Source of the DNA: Felis catus
Taxonomy: Eukaryota
NCBI RefSeq assembly: GCF_018350175.1
Contig: NC_058368.1
Span: 154,568,001-154,632,000 of the forward strand
Length of the DNA stretch: 64,000 bases
Direction: 5' to 3'
The position numbers and the translations under genes are program-made. Position 1 is the stretch's first letter. Every line of letters starts with the position of its first letter. This document shows positions 10,301-22,121 of this stretch, piece after piece. Under the pieces are notes generated by a model. That model saw nothing but the letters and a program-made list of their open reading frames with translations. It did not search any database and was not told the origin of the DNA.

Positions 10301-13300
10301 ACCTTGGCTATAGATGTCATCAAGGTAAGATGTGACCACAGCAAAGACATTTTTACTTAACTACAGTGTGTCAGTAGAGAAAATAAAAGTGGCATATTAA
10401 TGTTCTACTGGTTAAAAAATACATTTCTCCAAGCTCATGTTTTTTTCTTGTGCTTTCTTTTAAATACTTATACCAACTTTGGAACATTAAGACATCAGTA
10501 ACAAATGTAAATGTATGATTAAAGTTTTAAAATACCTGTCCTTTTGGTTATCTGGAAAGACTATCTTCTGTTAATGTTCAGGCATTCAAAGATGAGATTT
10601 TAAACTGTTCACTAAGGCTATTAGTAAGAGAGAGATGTGTGAATGACAAGATCAGAGTAAAAGGCAGAAAATATTGGGTTTGGGATAGAATTTATCGTTA
10701 TTATTTTAGTCATTCCTTTCTCACTGACCAGTGTATGCCAAAAGGACGCCTGTTTAACTCTTAGCATCCAAGCAAAACTTTTTATTAACTGTATTAAGTC
10801 TATTTTCCCTTTCATTTCCTTATGTTTTTAAAGATAATTATCACTATGTGAGAAAAAATACATAGTGTCACAGTAAACTATTAGGAAGTTATACATAGAA
10901 TTTACTATTGGTGCCATTTCAGTCAAGCAACTAATTGAGAACTTGACTTCCTTTAATAATAAGTTTAGTTCAATATTCAACCCAAATTTAACTCCTCACA
11001 GTCTTTTTCTAGCCCCTAAGAATTATTCTCTTGACTCTAGATTGGAAAGGACTATTGCAGTTTTATATGTCTGCCTAATTTTTCTTTCTCCCTAGGGACA
11101 AAGTATGAAGTCATATTTTATAATTGACATATATGGCATTGTGCACACGGGAATGACATCAGGAGATTGTATGTGACCTACATCTTTCTAAAAAGAACAA
11201 GGACCAGTAAGGGTACATTTTTTCTTAAATGATTCTGAGTCACTAGTAGCAAAAGAGCCAGGACCTGATATTACAGTCTCTCAACTGCAAATTCACAGGA
11301 GCGACTGGGAATTGACTGCTACTCTTCCCACCCTTAATCAGTTTGCATATGCAAACATAAGAGGAGAAAGCTCAAGACAGTCTACTCTACTCTATACAGA
11401 TAACTAGTAAAAATTAAACCCCCCATTCTTAATGTAGTTACTAGCAATATCAAAAGATAGGTTAATGAAAATCAGTACTGAGCTGTAGGGTTAATGATTC
11501 TTTATTCTAGCCATGATAATTTAATTCATTTAATTTACATAAAGGCAAAAGTGATAAATGGTGAAATTCCTATGCTCAGAATAACCTTTCTAAATTACAA
11601 CTGCAAATTGCAGGCAGTATGTTTACACTGAGACTACTTTCTTTCCAGCTTTATAACTAACTTGGAAAGTTAAGGGTCTTTCCAAATCACTTAAGGCAAC
11701 CTTGATTTTCATCATTAAATTAGAAATGCAGCATATTTTTTATTTGGTAGATATAAAATTCCTTTTCCACCTTAAGTTCCTTTATTGTATCTCCAAATTG
11801 CCAAAATGTGTTTAATAAAAAATAAGAAAGTAAATTTGTAGATATTTAAAAATTAAAATTTATAGAGATTGGGAAAAGTTATTTTGTAAACTTTAGTCTT
11901 TCATCTCACAAATAATTGCTAAATAGCCATTATGATCAAGTTACTGTCCCTTCCCCCATAGTTTCTCCTATTAAGGCATATAGCTAAATATATCTAACCC
12001 AAAGCTGCCTGACTGCAGTGACCGTGTTCTATTTATTCTTTAACCTACACTTCATCTACATCAAGTGGCTAGTCTCTAGTAAGTATTCAGTAAACACGTA
12101 TTCATTGGAGAAACTAAAACTTCACTCACTGGGTACGTAAAGTTTGCTTTAAAGCTGTTCATAATTATTCATCTGTTAGAAAAAAAACAGCACAAAAAAT
12201 ACTTGAAAGGCAACCTGTGAATGAAAAAAAAAAAGGTCTCAAATAATTGGATTATATTAAGTTTTTAAAGTAACTTTCGGTGAAATTTAAAGAAAAGAAC
12301 ACCTTTCACTAATTATAAAAATAGGTTGAATCTATTATTACCAAACCATCACACAGAATTCCTATTTGCGAGAAGGAAAATTTCCATCCAGAGAGGTTTC
12401 CTCTCTAAATAACTCATTCCTTCTTAAAACCAGAGCGATGAAATACATATTATTTGGGGAAATTATGAAATAAAAATAAGCCACACCACGCTCAAGCCAT
12501 AATCCATGCAGCAGTGATCATTTTCCATTTAATTCCATAATACCACTTTTCAGGAGGTCTCAAGGTGTTCATTTATCAATTTTTCCAAGAAATAATAAGG
12601 ATGTTGTATTCTTTAACACCAAAGATCAGAATAGAGATTTGAGCATGCTTCCTTTTGTATTCAATTCCACTTCTGAAATGGACTTTGACATTTAAAAATG
12701 TTTTAACTAATCAGAACTCAGTTAGAAATGCACATATTCCATCACTCTCTACCCAGTTTTTACTCTCGTCTTTCCTATGGAAAATCATGCCAAAAATCTG
12801 TATTGTGCCGACAGTTCCACTTTAATACCTACTAGACACCACATTCATTTTTCGTCAAACAGAACAATTGGCTAAAACCTGGTAATATCTTAAAAAGAAT
12901 ATGGCACAGACAGCAATTATAATTCTTTCTGTGTAAAGGAATGACCTTCTTTACTCACTAATGGAAATACTTTCTGTCCTAACACTTCACCCTATTATAA
13001 ATGCACTTCTTTCCTTCTTCTCCCCCCATCTATTCATACATGGAGAATACAAATGCTATCAACAATATGAACTCTTCCCAATTTACAGCCCTGTAAAAAT
13101 GTTCTTGCATTTCTTATTATCTGAGTTGATGGACTAATTAGAAACAGTCAAGGTTATATCTAGGTGTGCTGATAAAAAATGTTTCTAATTGGCCCTAAGA
13201 CTGAAGATAATTCAATTACAAATCTCTTCCATTTGATTCATTCTTTTCTTCCTCAGAAAGGATTATGTTGATAGGATTCAGGTAATGGAACTTGGTGGCT

Positions 13301-16300
13301 TAGGAGAAGCATTAAAACATCCTTCCAGCTTTCAACTAATGTGATTAAATTTTATGAAGTTTGTTTTTCTTCTTAAAATCTTACTGAGGTCAAGTGCTCA
13401 TGTGATTCCCTTAGAGCAGGGCTGAGAAGTTGGGTGAGTTGAAGAGGCGTTACTAATCTTTTAAAATGTGCTCATTAAAGTCCTAAAAAGATTTGAAATA
13501 CTCATTTCCCCATATTACAATACCTAAGTTAATAAATGAAAATACACAATTATTTTCAATTAAGTCTTCATTACAGATCTTTGACTGAAATGCTTCTACA
13601 CAGTACCTTGAGAGTACATGTGTACAGTGATTCATGGCAAAAAATGATTAAGGGAAAAAATTAAAACTTACTTTTAAATCTTTGTGTGGTCTCTAACCTC
13701 AACTTTTTTCTGGATATTTACCAAGCCCAGAAAAGTAAAATGCATTTATTTTCTGTTGCTTGTAAGGCAAGCTAAGCAGCAGAGATTTAACATTATATTT
13801 AATTCCACATAGGCATTCACAATTTGGTGTATTAAGCAATATACATTGTCCAGTATTTCTATTTTTGTGTGCACAGAGCTTGAATTGCATGGTATCTTCT
13901 TTCCCCTTGAAAGATGAAAAAACAATGTATTAGGTTATAACAGGAACATTTTAAGATTTAGTATCCAGAAATTAAATGTATCATGAAACGATAGGTGGAG
14001 TTTAATGTACACCCTATCAGTGTGGGTCAGTGACCTGGAACATTTTCAGGATTAGTATGAATAGAAAGTATTCCCTTCTATTTTCTCTCCAGATAGGAAT
14101 CTATTTTAATATCTCTCCCAGTAGGTCAAGTGCTCTTTCTAGTGACTGTAAGTAGAAAAGAATTCCAGAAATCAAATTACTTTAATGAAAAACTCAACAC
14201 AGAAATTTACAGAACTGTATGCTGTATTTGCATATAAAAATTTATAGTAAAATCTTTAGTTTTACTTAATAGTTTGTACCTTATCATTTATGAGTCTACA
14301 TTTATGCTTATGTACATTTTCCAAAAAATATTTTTAAAAGAAAAAAAAAACACCTACAGCTGGCTATATTTGTAGCATGCTTACCTGATACATGCAGCGC
14401 ATATAAATCTTGAAGCAGTATAACTATCTTTCATTCAGTATGGGTAGTATTTATAGGAAAACTTAGTCTTCTGATTTATGTTATACATTGTATATGATCA
14501 CTAGAAATTTTATTAAACCAATCATTCCTGGAGCTTGATAATTACCTTTGAGTGAAAGAAGGTACATGTCTCAGTGGAATCTCTCTCTTGCCTTAGAGGA
14601 AATATTAATTGGAGTCAATTTTCGATTAGATCAAAAATGTTGTGAAACTGTCTCATCTGCAAATCCCTTATCCCTACAATTGAGAATGTTCTAATGGGTT
14701 GCCACCATGTGGCAACTCATTAGCTATCTCAGTAGAGTACATGCCTGCAAAGTTGGTAAACCGCTTTACATTCAATTTAGGAGTAAAGAAAGAACTTTAA
14801 GTATATAATACAAAAGTTGCCATTTGTCAGTTCTTTAAATTCAAAATATGAAATAAAACTTTCTGTTAACTTTAAGATGTATGTTTTATTATATATTAGA
14901 TATAAATGTTGTATTACCTAACTAGCTAAGAGTATAGAATTCAGAGAAAGAGGAAATCAAAGTCCCTATTTTAAGCCAAATAAACTACCTAAATGTTTTA
15001 TAAAATTAGTAACTTTTAAATTCCTGTGACTGGTGAGCCTGATCATTGACTCACTTAATGTAGATCATGACATATAAAAAAAAAAGTCTCGTTTTCTCAA
15101 ATGCAATTTTTTTAAATCAAAATTTGACTCCATGGATCTTCCTCAGTATTTACACAACTTAAGCTAAGCCTATAGCTGTCAAGCGAGGCATGTTTCTTAT
15201 TGATGCTTGCTTTAATGGGCCCTGTAGAGCTGATGGACTGGAAGATTGCCCAACCTGCTGTAATTGACATATAACCGACCATTTGACCACCCCTGTGCTT
15301 GCTTTAGATCCCATATTAGTCTTAATGCTTTTTGCTTCACAAAGCTGTAGAACAGCTGCTCTTCAAAAGAACATATGCTAAGGACATGGTAACTAAATTC
15401 AGCCCTCACCAAAAACTTGAGGAATTCTTAGAGAAAAATATGCCAAATGCCAGTATTAATCTTTGAATCACCTCTGGAATCTTCAGCCATATAGATCAAA
15501 GGGTTGAGTGTGCGGGTATTTATTAAAACTCAGCTATTTATTTTCTAAGCACCAATATGCGTGTTATCAATGTTGTGGAATCTAAAGCCAGAAAAAGCAA
15601 GCAAACATTCAAGAAGAGTATTTTCACTGCCACATATAAACACAAAAAAATAAACAAAGCTTAGATCATTTTCTAGGTCCCTTGTTTACATTTGTCTTTC
15701 TCATTTTGACAGTCTCCGTTAAAGGTTTATTTGCCTGTTTTCTTGGAGTTCCTGTACTCTAGTAACAATATTAAGTATCATTTAACTTTATGCCAAATTG
15801 TAGCCACAAATAGGAAAAGTAACACCCTGTGTTTTCTAAATAAATTCAAAGCCAAGCAAATTACATAATCGTTTAATAAAACTTTATTGTTTTAATAAAA
15901 TTAGGTCAGGAAGGCATTTGCCAATTTACCAACTTTAGCCACACACACACCCTGCAGGAGATGGTTGTATAAATGAAAGGAATTTGCATTCCTCTTAAAT
16001 TATGCTTCTTGGCATCAGTTTTATCATTCACAGCGTATTTTGCCTTTCACACACATAAATCATTACTTGACATGCTGGTTAACTGAGTTCGGTTCAAAAT
16101 AAAAGGAATCACATGTTTTCTATTGTAAACTGATCGAATCACTTCTTTACTTATTGGATGTAACTTTTGTTTGCAGAATCTGTCACTGTTGACCCATTTA
16201 TCTCCTCATCTCAAAGACTGCTGTGTACTTTTACACGAACCATTTACTCTTATGCCCAAATAATATGCCAGTAGGTTATTGGACAGGTGTTACTTTTGAG

Positions 16301-17958
16301 CCTAATATCTGGGGGTAATTTTCTGATGGTGACTGGTGCTTTATTTTGCATTAGTAAAAACCGGGATCCTATCAATGCCATTTTCCTTGCTCTGTGGGAC
16401 ACAAGTTTGACAACCTAGTGGCATGAGCACTCATCACACAAACTAAGTAGTATGATGAATAGGACTATAATATTATTACTCAACACTGTCCTCACATGAG
16501 AATTTCTTTCCAGTGTCTTTTGGGAAATTTACGTTTTTCTAAATTTTGAAGATTTAAGAATTACCAGTTGAGGAATTGGTGGAAAAAAAATGAAAAATGT
16601 ATCAGAAGCCTTCTGTGAGGATTAAACCTTAAAATCAATACAGAGACATTACTGGTTTGAAAGAATCCAGTGACATCAAGTTAAAATCAAATACGTGGAC
16701 ACTCGGGGTCCAATGTCAAGGTGGACATTTCCTGGAAACAGGCAAGATCACATAAGCCAGAGGCAGTCATGATCTAATCAGTCAATTATGATTGTGCTTA
16801 TGGCCATGTTTTAAGTGTTTGTTCTTGGCTCTGTGAGCTGCTTACAATGAGTTGTTGTTTTAAATATTAAATTTATACATATTGTATACTTTATACAAAT
16901 ACTAGGAGTGGCCCAAGAAACAAATTAGCAAGTAAATTATTAAATTGGCAATTGATGCATGTACTTCTGTTCAACCTGACAGCATTTAAAAAAAATGAAA
17001 TAGTCATATGTTCTATTTAATAATGCTTTCTGCTGTTTTCCAGTGTTTCAGTGTTGCCTATAGGCTATGGTTCTTTGAAACATTCTAGAAGGAAATAGAG
17101 AAAACAAGCACATTTTCTCTAAAAAAGTCAACAAAAACAAAATTAATTTCAAAGGCAAAGTCAAGGTTAGGTAAAGCAGAAAAAAAAAAAATTATCACTG
17201 AACTTAACATGAAGCAACGTATACTTGAATGCCCAAGCTGATAATGCCTTTGTAAGCACTTGTAACTACTCAACCCTTGTCAATAGGAAATAAATTTTTC
17301 TACATATGGAATATTTATCATGAAACAAATACCACTATTTTTAAATGGGGGAATTTAGTGATTTGTGTTTTTTAAAATTAAGAAAGGTAACTTAGAAGAA
17401 TTAAGTACTTATTATTTTCAAAGTTTTATTTGGCATAATTTTATATTATATATTTATTTTATATTATTTTTCCTCATTTACTGCTATTATCAAATATTTC
17501 TAACAAATGTAATTTTTTAATTCATTGAAATATCCCATCTTGTCGTAGTGTTTTGGTGTATAATAATATATGCATTTATTTTTCATTATTTATTTCATAA
17601 AATAGTTCTCAAATTTTTATTATAACCTTACTATATCAAAATGTTAGCTGCTTGTTATTGTGTTTAGTCATAACACTTAAACTGCATAAATAAGATGTTC
17701 CCTTATTTTCTTCCCAAATTCTAAGGACTAATATCTGTTGGATATTAGAAACACTAAATCTGGATGAGTTTCTGAATTTCATTGGTGACCTTGTCATGTT
17801 ATTTAAGGTAAAGCATGACTCAAAAATGTTGCTAATCAAACAAGGCCAGAGGCTGTGCAAAATGACCCTGGGTGATTCATTCTTCTTCCTGGTTGTAATG
17901 GTCTGTCTGAACAAGATTAAATTTAGATTTTAAATCAACTTTAAAACTGTTTCCATCA

Positions 17959-18083
17959 GGGCGCCTGTGTGGCTCAGTGGGTTAAGTGTCTGACTCTGGA
18001 TTTCAGCTCAGATCATGATTTCATGGTTTTTGAGTTCAAGCCTTGTGTCAGGCTCTGCCTTGGAAGCACAGAGACTGCTTGGG

Positions 18084-18129
<46 letters not shown>

Positions 18130-18182
18130 CATCCCCTGCTTGTGCTCTCTCAAAATAAATACATCAGCTTAAAAAAAAAAAA
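17959..18182 (+). mobile_element. CanSINE with expanded (CT)n
   Basis: gggcgcctgtgtggctcagtgggttaag head, (CT)n, A-tail; TSD tttccatcag at 17950-17959 and 18186-18195. Confidence 0.95.
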
Positions 18183-18742
18183 TTCTTTCCATCAGTTATC
18201 TTTGCAAAGATGCCTCACTTTATTTCAGTTCTGCATTTATCACTCTACTGTTTAATGGGACTTGATAAAATATTTTAACCTAATGATAAAAGTTAGTATC
18301 TCCATCCATGATATTTTATTTCAGCTACAGATAATCTAATACTATAATTCAAAATTGGGTTACATTTCTGCAGATGTACACTGAGCCCGTATAGATACTC
18401 ATATAGGTTTGAATTCTACTACATAGAAAATAACTGTAGGAGTTTAAAAGTCCTAAGGGTTTCCATCTTCACTGTTTGAAGGAACTGACTGCAAAACTGC
18501 ATATCCCATGGGAAAAAAAAAAGCGATATGCTATCATGAGTTTTAAAGTTCTCTATAAGTATATTCCAATCAAACAAGGCAACAGAATAACCAGTCATTT
18601 AACTTTATTGATAAAGTCTTTTATAATATATTTACAGTTCTTAATATGTAGTTAACTGTTTATAAGTAAGCACTAGGACTTTTAGATTCTAATAGCAGTT
18701 ACCTAGCAAATGGGAGAGACTTTTTTTTTTAAAGTTTCTCTT

Positions 18743-18969
18743 GGGGCACCTGGATGGCTCAGTTGGTTCCATGACTGAGTTAGCAACCCAGATCATGATC
18801 TCGCGGTTTGACAGTTTGAGCCCCACATCAGGTTCTGTGCTGACAGCTCAGAGCCTGGAGCCTGCTTGGGATTCTGTCTGTCTGTCTCTCTCTCTACCCC
18901 TTCTGTGCTCGCAGTCTGTCTTTCTTTCTCTATCAAGAATTAACATTAAAAATTTTTTTAATTAAAAAA
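18743..18969 (+). mobile_element. CanSINE
   Basis: ggggcacctggatggctcagttgg head; ctgtgctgacagctcagagcctggagcctgc body; AT-rich tail. Confidence 0.93.
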
Positions 18970-18982
18970 TGTTACTCTTAAC

Positions 18983-19400
18983 TAGGAGTTGACAAACTAT
19001 GGCCTATGGGCCAAATTCAACCTACTGCCTTTTTTTTTTTTTAATAAAGTTTTATTGTGGGGCATCTGGGTGGCTCAGTCAGATAAGCCTCTGGCTCTTG
19101 ATTTCATCTCAGGTCATGATTTCATGGTTTGTGAGTTCCAGCCCTGTGTTGGGCTCTTGGCTAACAGCCCAGAGTCTGCTTAGGATTCTGTCTCCTCCTC
19201 TCTCTGCCCTTCTCTTGCTCCCTCTCTCTCTCTCTGTCAAAACAAATAAATAAACAAAAGAAAAGAAAAGAAAGTTTTACTGTAATATAGCCATGTCCAG
19301 TCACTTACACATTGTTATGATTGCTTTAGAAACCTTATGACTCACAAAGCTCACAGACCTACTTCTCTGCCTTTTAACAGAAAATGTTTGCCAACCTTTG
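18983..19400 (+). mobile_element. MER58A (hAT-Charlie MITE), split by a CanSINE
   Basis: taggagttgacaaactatggcctatgggccaaattc...aataaagttttattg and terminal acagaaaatgtttgccaacctttg match the recalled MER58A ends (TIRs). Confidence 0.85.
19059..19270 (+). mobile_element. CanSINE nested in MER58A
   Basis: TSD aaagttttattgt (19046-19058) / aaagttttactgt (19271-19283). Confidence 0.95.
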
Positions 19401-19407
19401 TTTAAAC

Positions 19408-19580
19408 CAATGCTCTTCTAAGTTGTCAGAATGGAGAGCTAGTAAAAATAATTGACGGGCTCCACCCACATCGTTTTTGATTAAGTATGTTATGTTTGAG
19501 GCTAGATTCAAGAAGTTCTAACATGCTCCCAGATGACACTTGTGCTGTTGGGTAAGCAAACACCCTTTGAAAATCAGTAT
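19408..19580 (+). mobile_element. MER5A-like hAT MITE
   Basis: gggctccaccc...ttctaacatgctcccagatgacacttgtgctgttgg...caccctttgaaaatca resembles MER5A. Confidence 0.65.
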
Positions 19581-20088
19581 TCTAAACTGTGAAGTTGCGC
19601 TCCTTTTTCTTAATAAGCTGTTTGGATGTGCTATAGTATTTAAGTCAATGGAAAAGTCCTTTTTAAAGAGTAGAGAGATGTTGGTGTTCTTCAAAAAGCA
19701 TCCAGCTTACATTCAAGCCTGGAAAAATACTACAACTCGGAAAAAACTCAGAGTAATTTGTTTTACTTTGAAATGTGAACTGCTAGCTTTAAGAATTAAC
19801 ATATCCTCCATTTATTATCTCTTTAGCATTTTTAAACTCATATGCAATCCACAATACATCCAATATCTAACTTCATACACAGTTTGAACATTTATAACAT
19901 GATTAAACATAACTCACCACCCAACTCTTTAAGGTACATTTGTATCCATTATATGGATGAAAAAAAATACAATGTGCCATACTGGATGTAAGTATCTCCT
20001 CTAGAATCTCAACAGAGGCTGTAATTTAGATCTTTTAACTTTTATGAAGCACTGCAGATCTGTCTGGTTATCAAAACAAATTACCCAT

Positions 20089-20296
20089 GGGGCGCCTGGT
20101 GGGGGCTCAGTCAGTTAAGCACCCGATTTCAGCTCAGGTCATGATCTTCCTATTTTTGAGTTCGAACCCCACATCAGGTTCTGTGCTGACGGCTCAGAGC
20201 CTGAAGCCTGCTTCAGATTCTGTGTCTCCCCCTCTCTCTTCCTTTCCCATGCTCCTGCTCTGTCTCTCTCAATAATAAATAGATGTTAAAATTTAA
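20089..20296 (+). mobile_element. CanSINE
   Basis: Full body; TSD aaaacaaattaccc (20073-20086) / aaaacagattaccc (20297-20310). Confidence 0.95.
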
Positions 20297-21123
20297 AAAA
20301 CAGATTACCCTAATTTCTTAAAGCAGACTTAGTTGCACCACCATTGTTAAAATTACCATGTATAGGTTAGAATAGACTTGGCTATTTGAACTTTTAGATG
20401 CTACAGATGCTAATGGATGAGTCTATAATCAACTACTGCTTACACAGAAAAAGGAAGTCACAATGTGAATTTGTGGTGGCTGTGGTCAATGAAAGTGTGG
20501 TTTCCTACATGATATACAGTTGGGACCAATAGTTTATGATGATGATAGAAGCATTCTTCTGCTAGATATTAACCAAGTGTCATTAGGCAAAAGCAATTGT
20601 GGAAGTAGTGGTGAGATGCTCACCTTGGTTAATGATTTGGAAGGAAAAAAAAAAAAAATCTCCGGAGATTTAAAAGTAGGCGCAGTATATCCGTTTCTTT
20701 TATTGACTTTGATGCACTATTGGAAATTGAAACCACTTCAGATGAATAAAAAACCAGTCTATTAAAGTGGGATGACGAAAAAATGGCTTTGGTGAGATTA
20801 GTATTTAGAGTACTCACAGATGGTAAATAGATTAAAACAAGTGTAGTAGACTGGTCTCAGCACCTTTATTTTTTAGTTACAAATATTGGCCTTCATGAGA
20901 ATATCTTAAAGAAACAGTCCCAGATCAATTACTGGATAGATTTTTCCACTAATATCATTTGATGGTCACAGGTTTGTTTAGAGATTATTATAATGTGGAG
21001 ACTTTCTGCCTTGTGTTATCTAGCAAAGAAGCATATGTTAAGATAAGGAAAAACTATATCATTTTTCTGAGCCTTACTTTGTAACTAACTGGAGAATTAC
21101 AATAAACAACTCAGAGGAATGAA

Positions 21124-21173
<50 letters not shown>

Positions 21174-21250
21174 CTATATATACATATATATATATACACA
21201 TCTATATATACATATATATATAGATGTATATATAGATGTGTGTGTGTATA
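21124..21250. repeat. Compound (TA)n/(TATACA)n/(TG)n microsatellite
   Basis: Read directly from the sequence. Confidence 0.95.
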
Positions 21251-21897
21251 AAACTATTGTTTGCTATACGTGTTATTTTCAGGGAAACACAAATTAAGGG
21301 AATTGGTTACATTGATTCATTCCTATTATTTTTATAATGTTTTGAGTACAATACAAAATATACATTTTTAGAACAATTCACTTAGTGTTAAAATGTAAGT
21401 AAGGTATTGAAAATATCTAAGAAGTCAGGAAACATGGGTTGCCTTGGTTTTGCCACTGACCAAATCCATCATCTTAGAAACTTGCTTCATTTTTGTGGAC
21501 TAAATCACTTCTACTTTAAGCGCCTATGTTTTATTATTCAATACTTAGTTTCCTTCCAAAATAAAATCCTTTGATTATGTGATATGCTTCTAGAAGCCAG
21601 TTAAATCTTTATGTGCTGAGATTATTTTTGTGACAATTTTCTCAATAGTTGTCTACGGTATATTGAAATATCTTGAGGTAAAAGTTTGCTTTCCATAGAA
21701 TACAGTCATATTTCTACCACCAACTCATTGAAATTGATCTTAAATCATCAAGGGCAAAACTGACACAGAATTAGAACTGTGGAACTGCTAGTCCGAAAAG
21801 ATTATATATAAACATCAACAATATGCTTCAACATGTAGGAAGGTCCATCCCAGAGATGCAGAAGGCATCTAGGATGATGGAGAATATCAGTATTCAC

Positions 21898-22121
21898 TTT
21901 TTTTTTTAATTTAAAGTGTTTTTTTTTTTGAGAGAGAGAGATGGAGAGAGAGAAATAGAAAGCATTAGTAGGGGAGACACAGAGAGAGAGGAAGAGGGAG
22001 AGTAGGTTCTACACCATCAGTGCAGAACAAGATGTGGGACTCGATCTCACGAACTATGAGATCTTGACCTGACCTGAAATTGAGAGTTGGATGCTTAACT
22101 GACTGAACCACCCAGGCACCC
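21898..22121 (-). mobile_element. CanSINE (older type)
   Basis: T-tail, (GA)n, ...gcttaactgactgaaccacccaggcaccc. Confidence 0.93.

Noticed and set aside
10045..10360. Hydrophobic membrane-like ORFs on both strands
   Set aside because: Expected from AT-rich codon composition; no supporting gene structure.
17959..18050. tRNA-like A/B boxes (here and in the other SINE heads)
   Set aside because: CanSINE heads, not tRNA genes.
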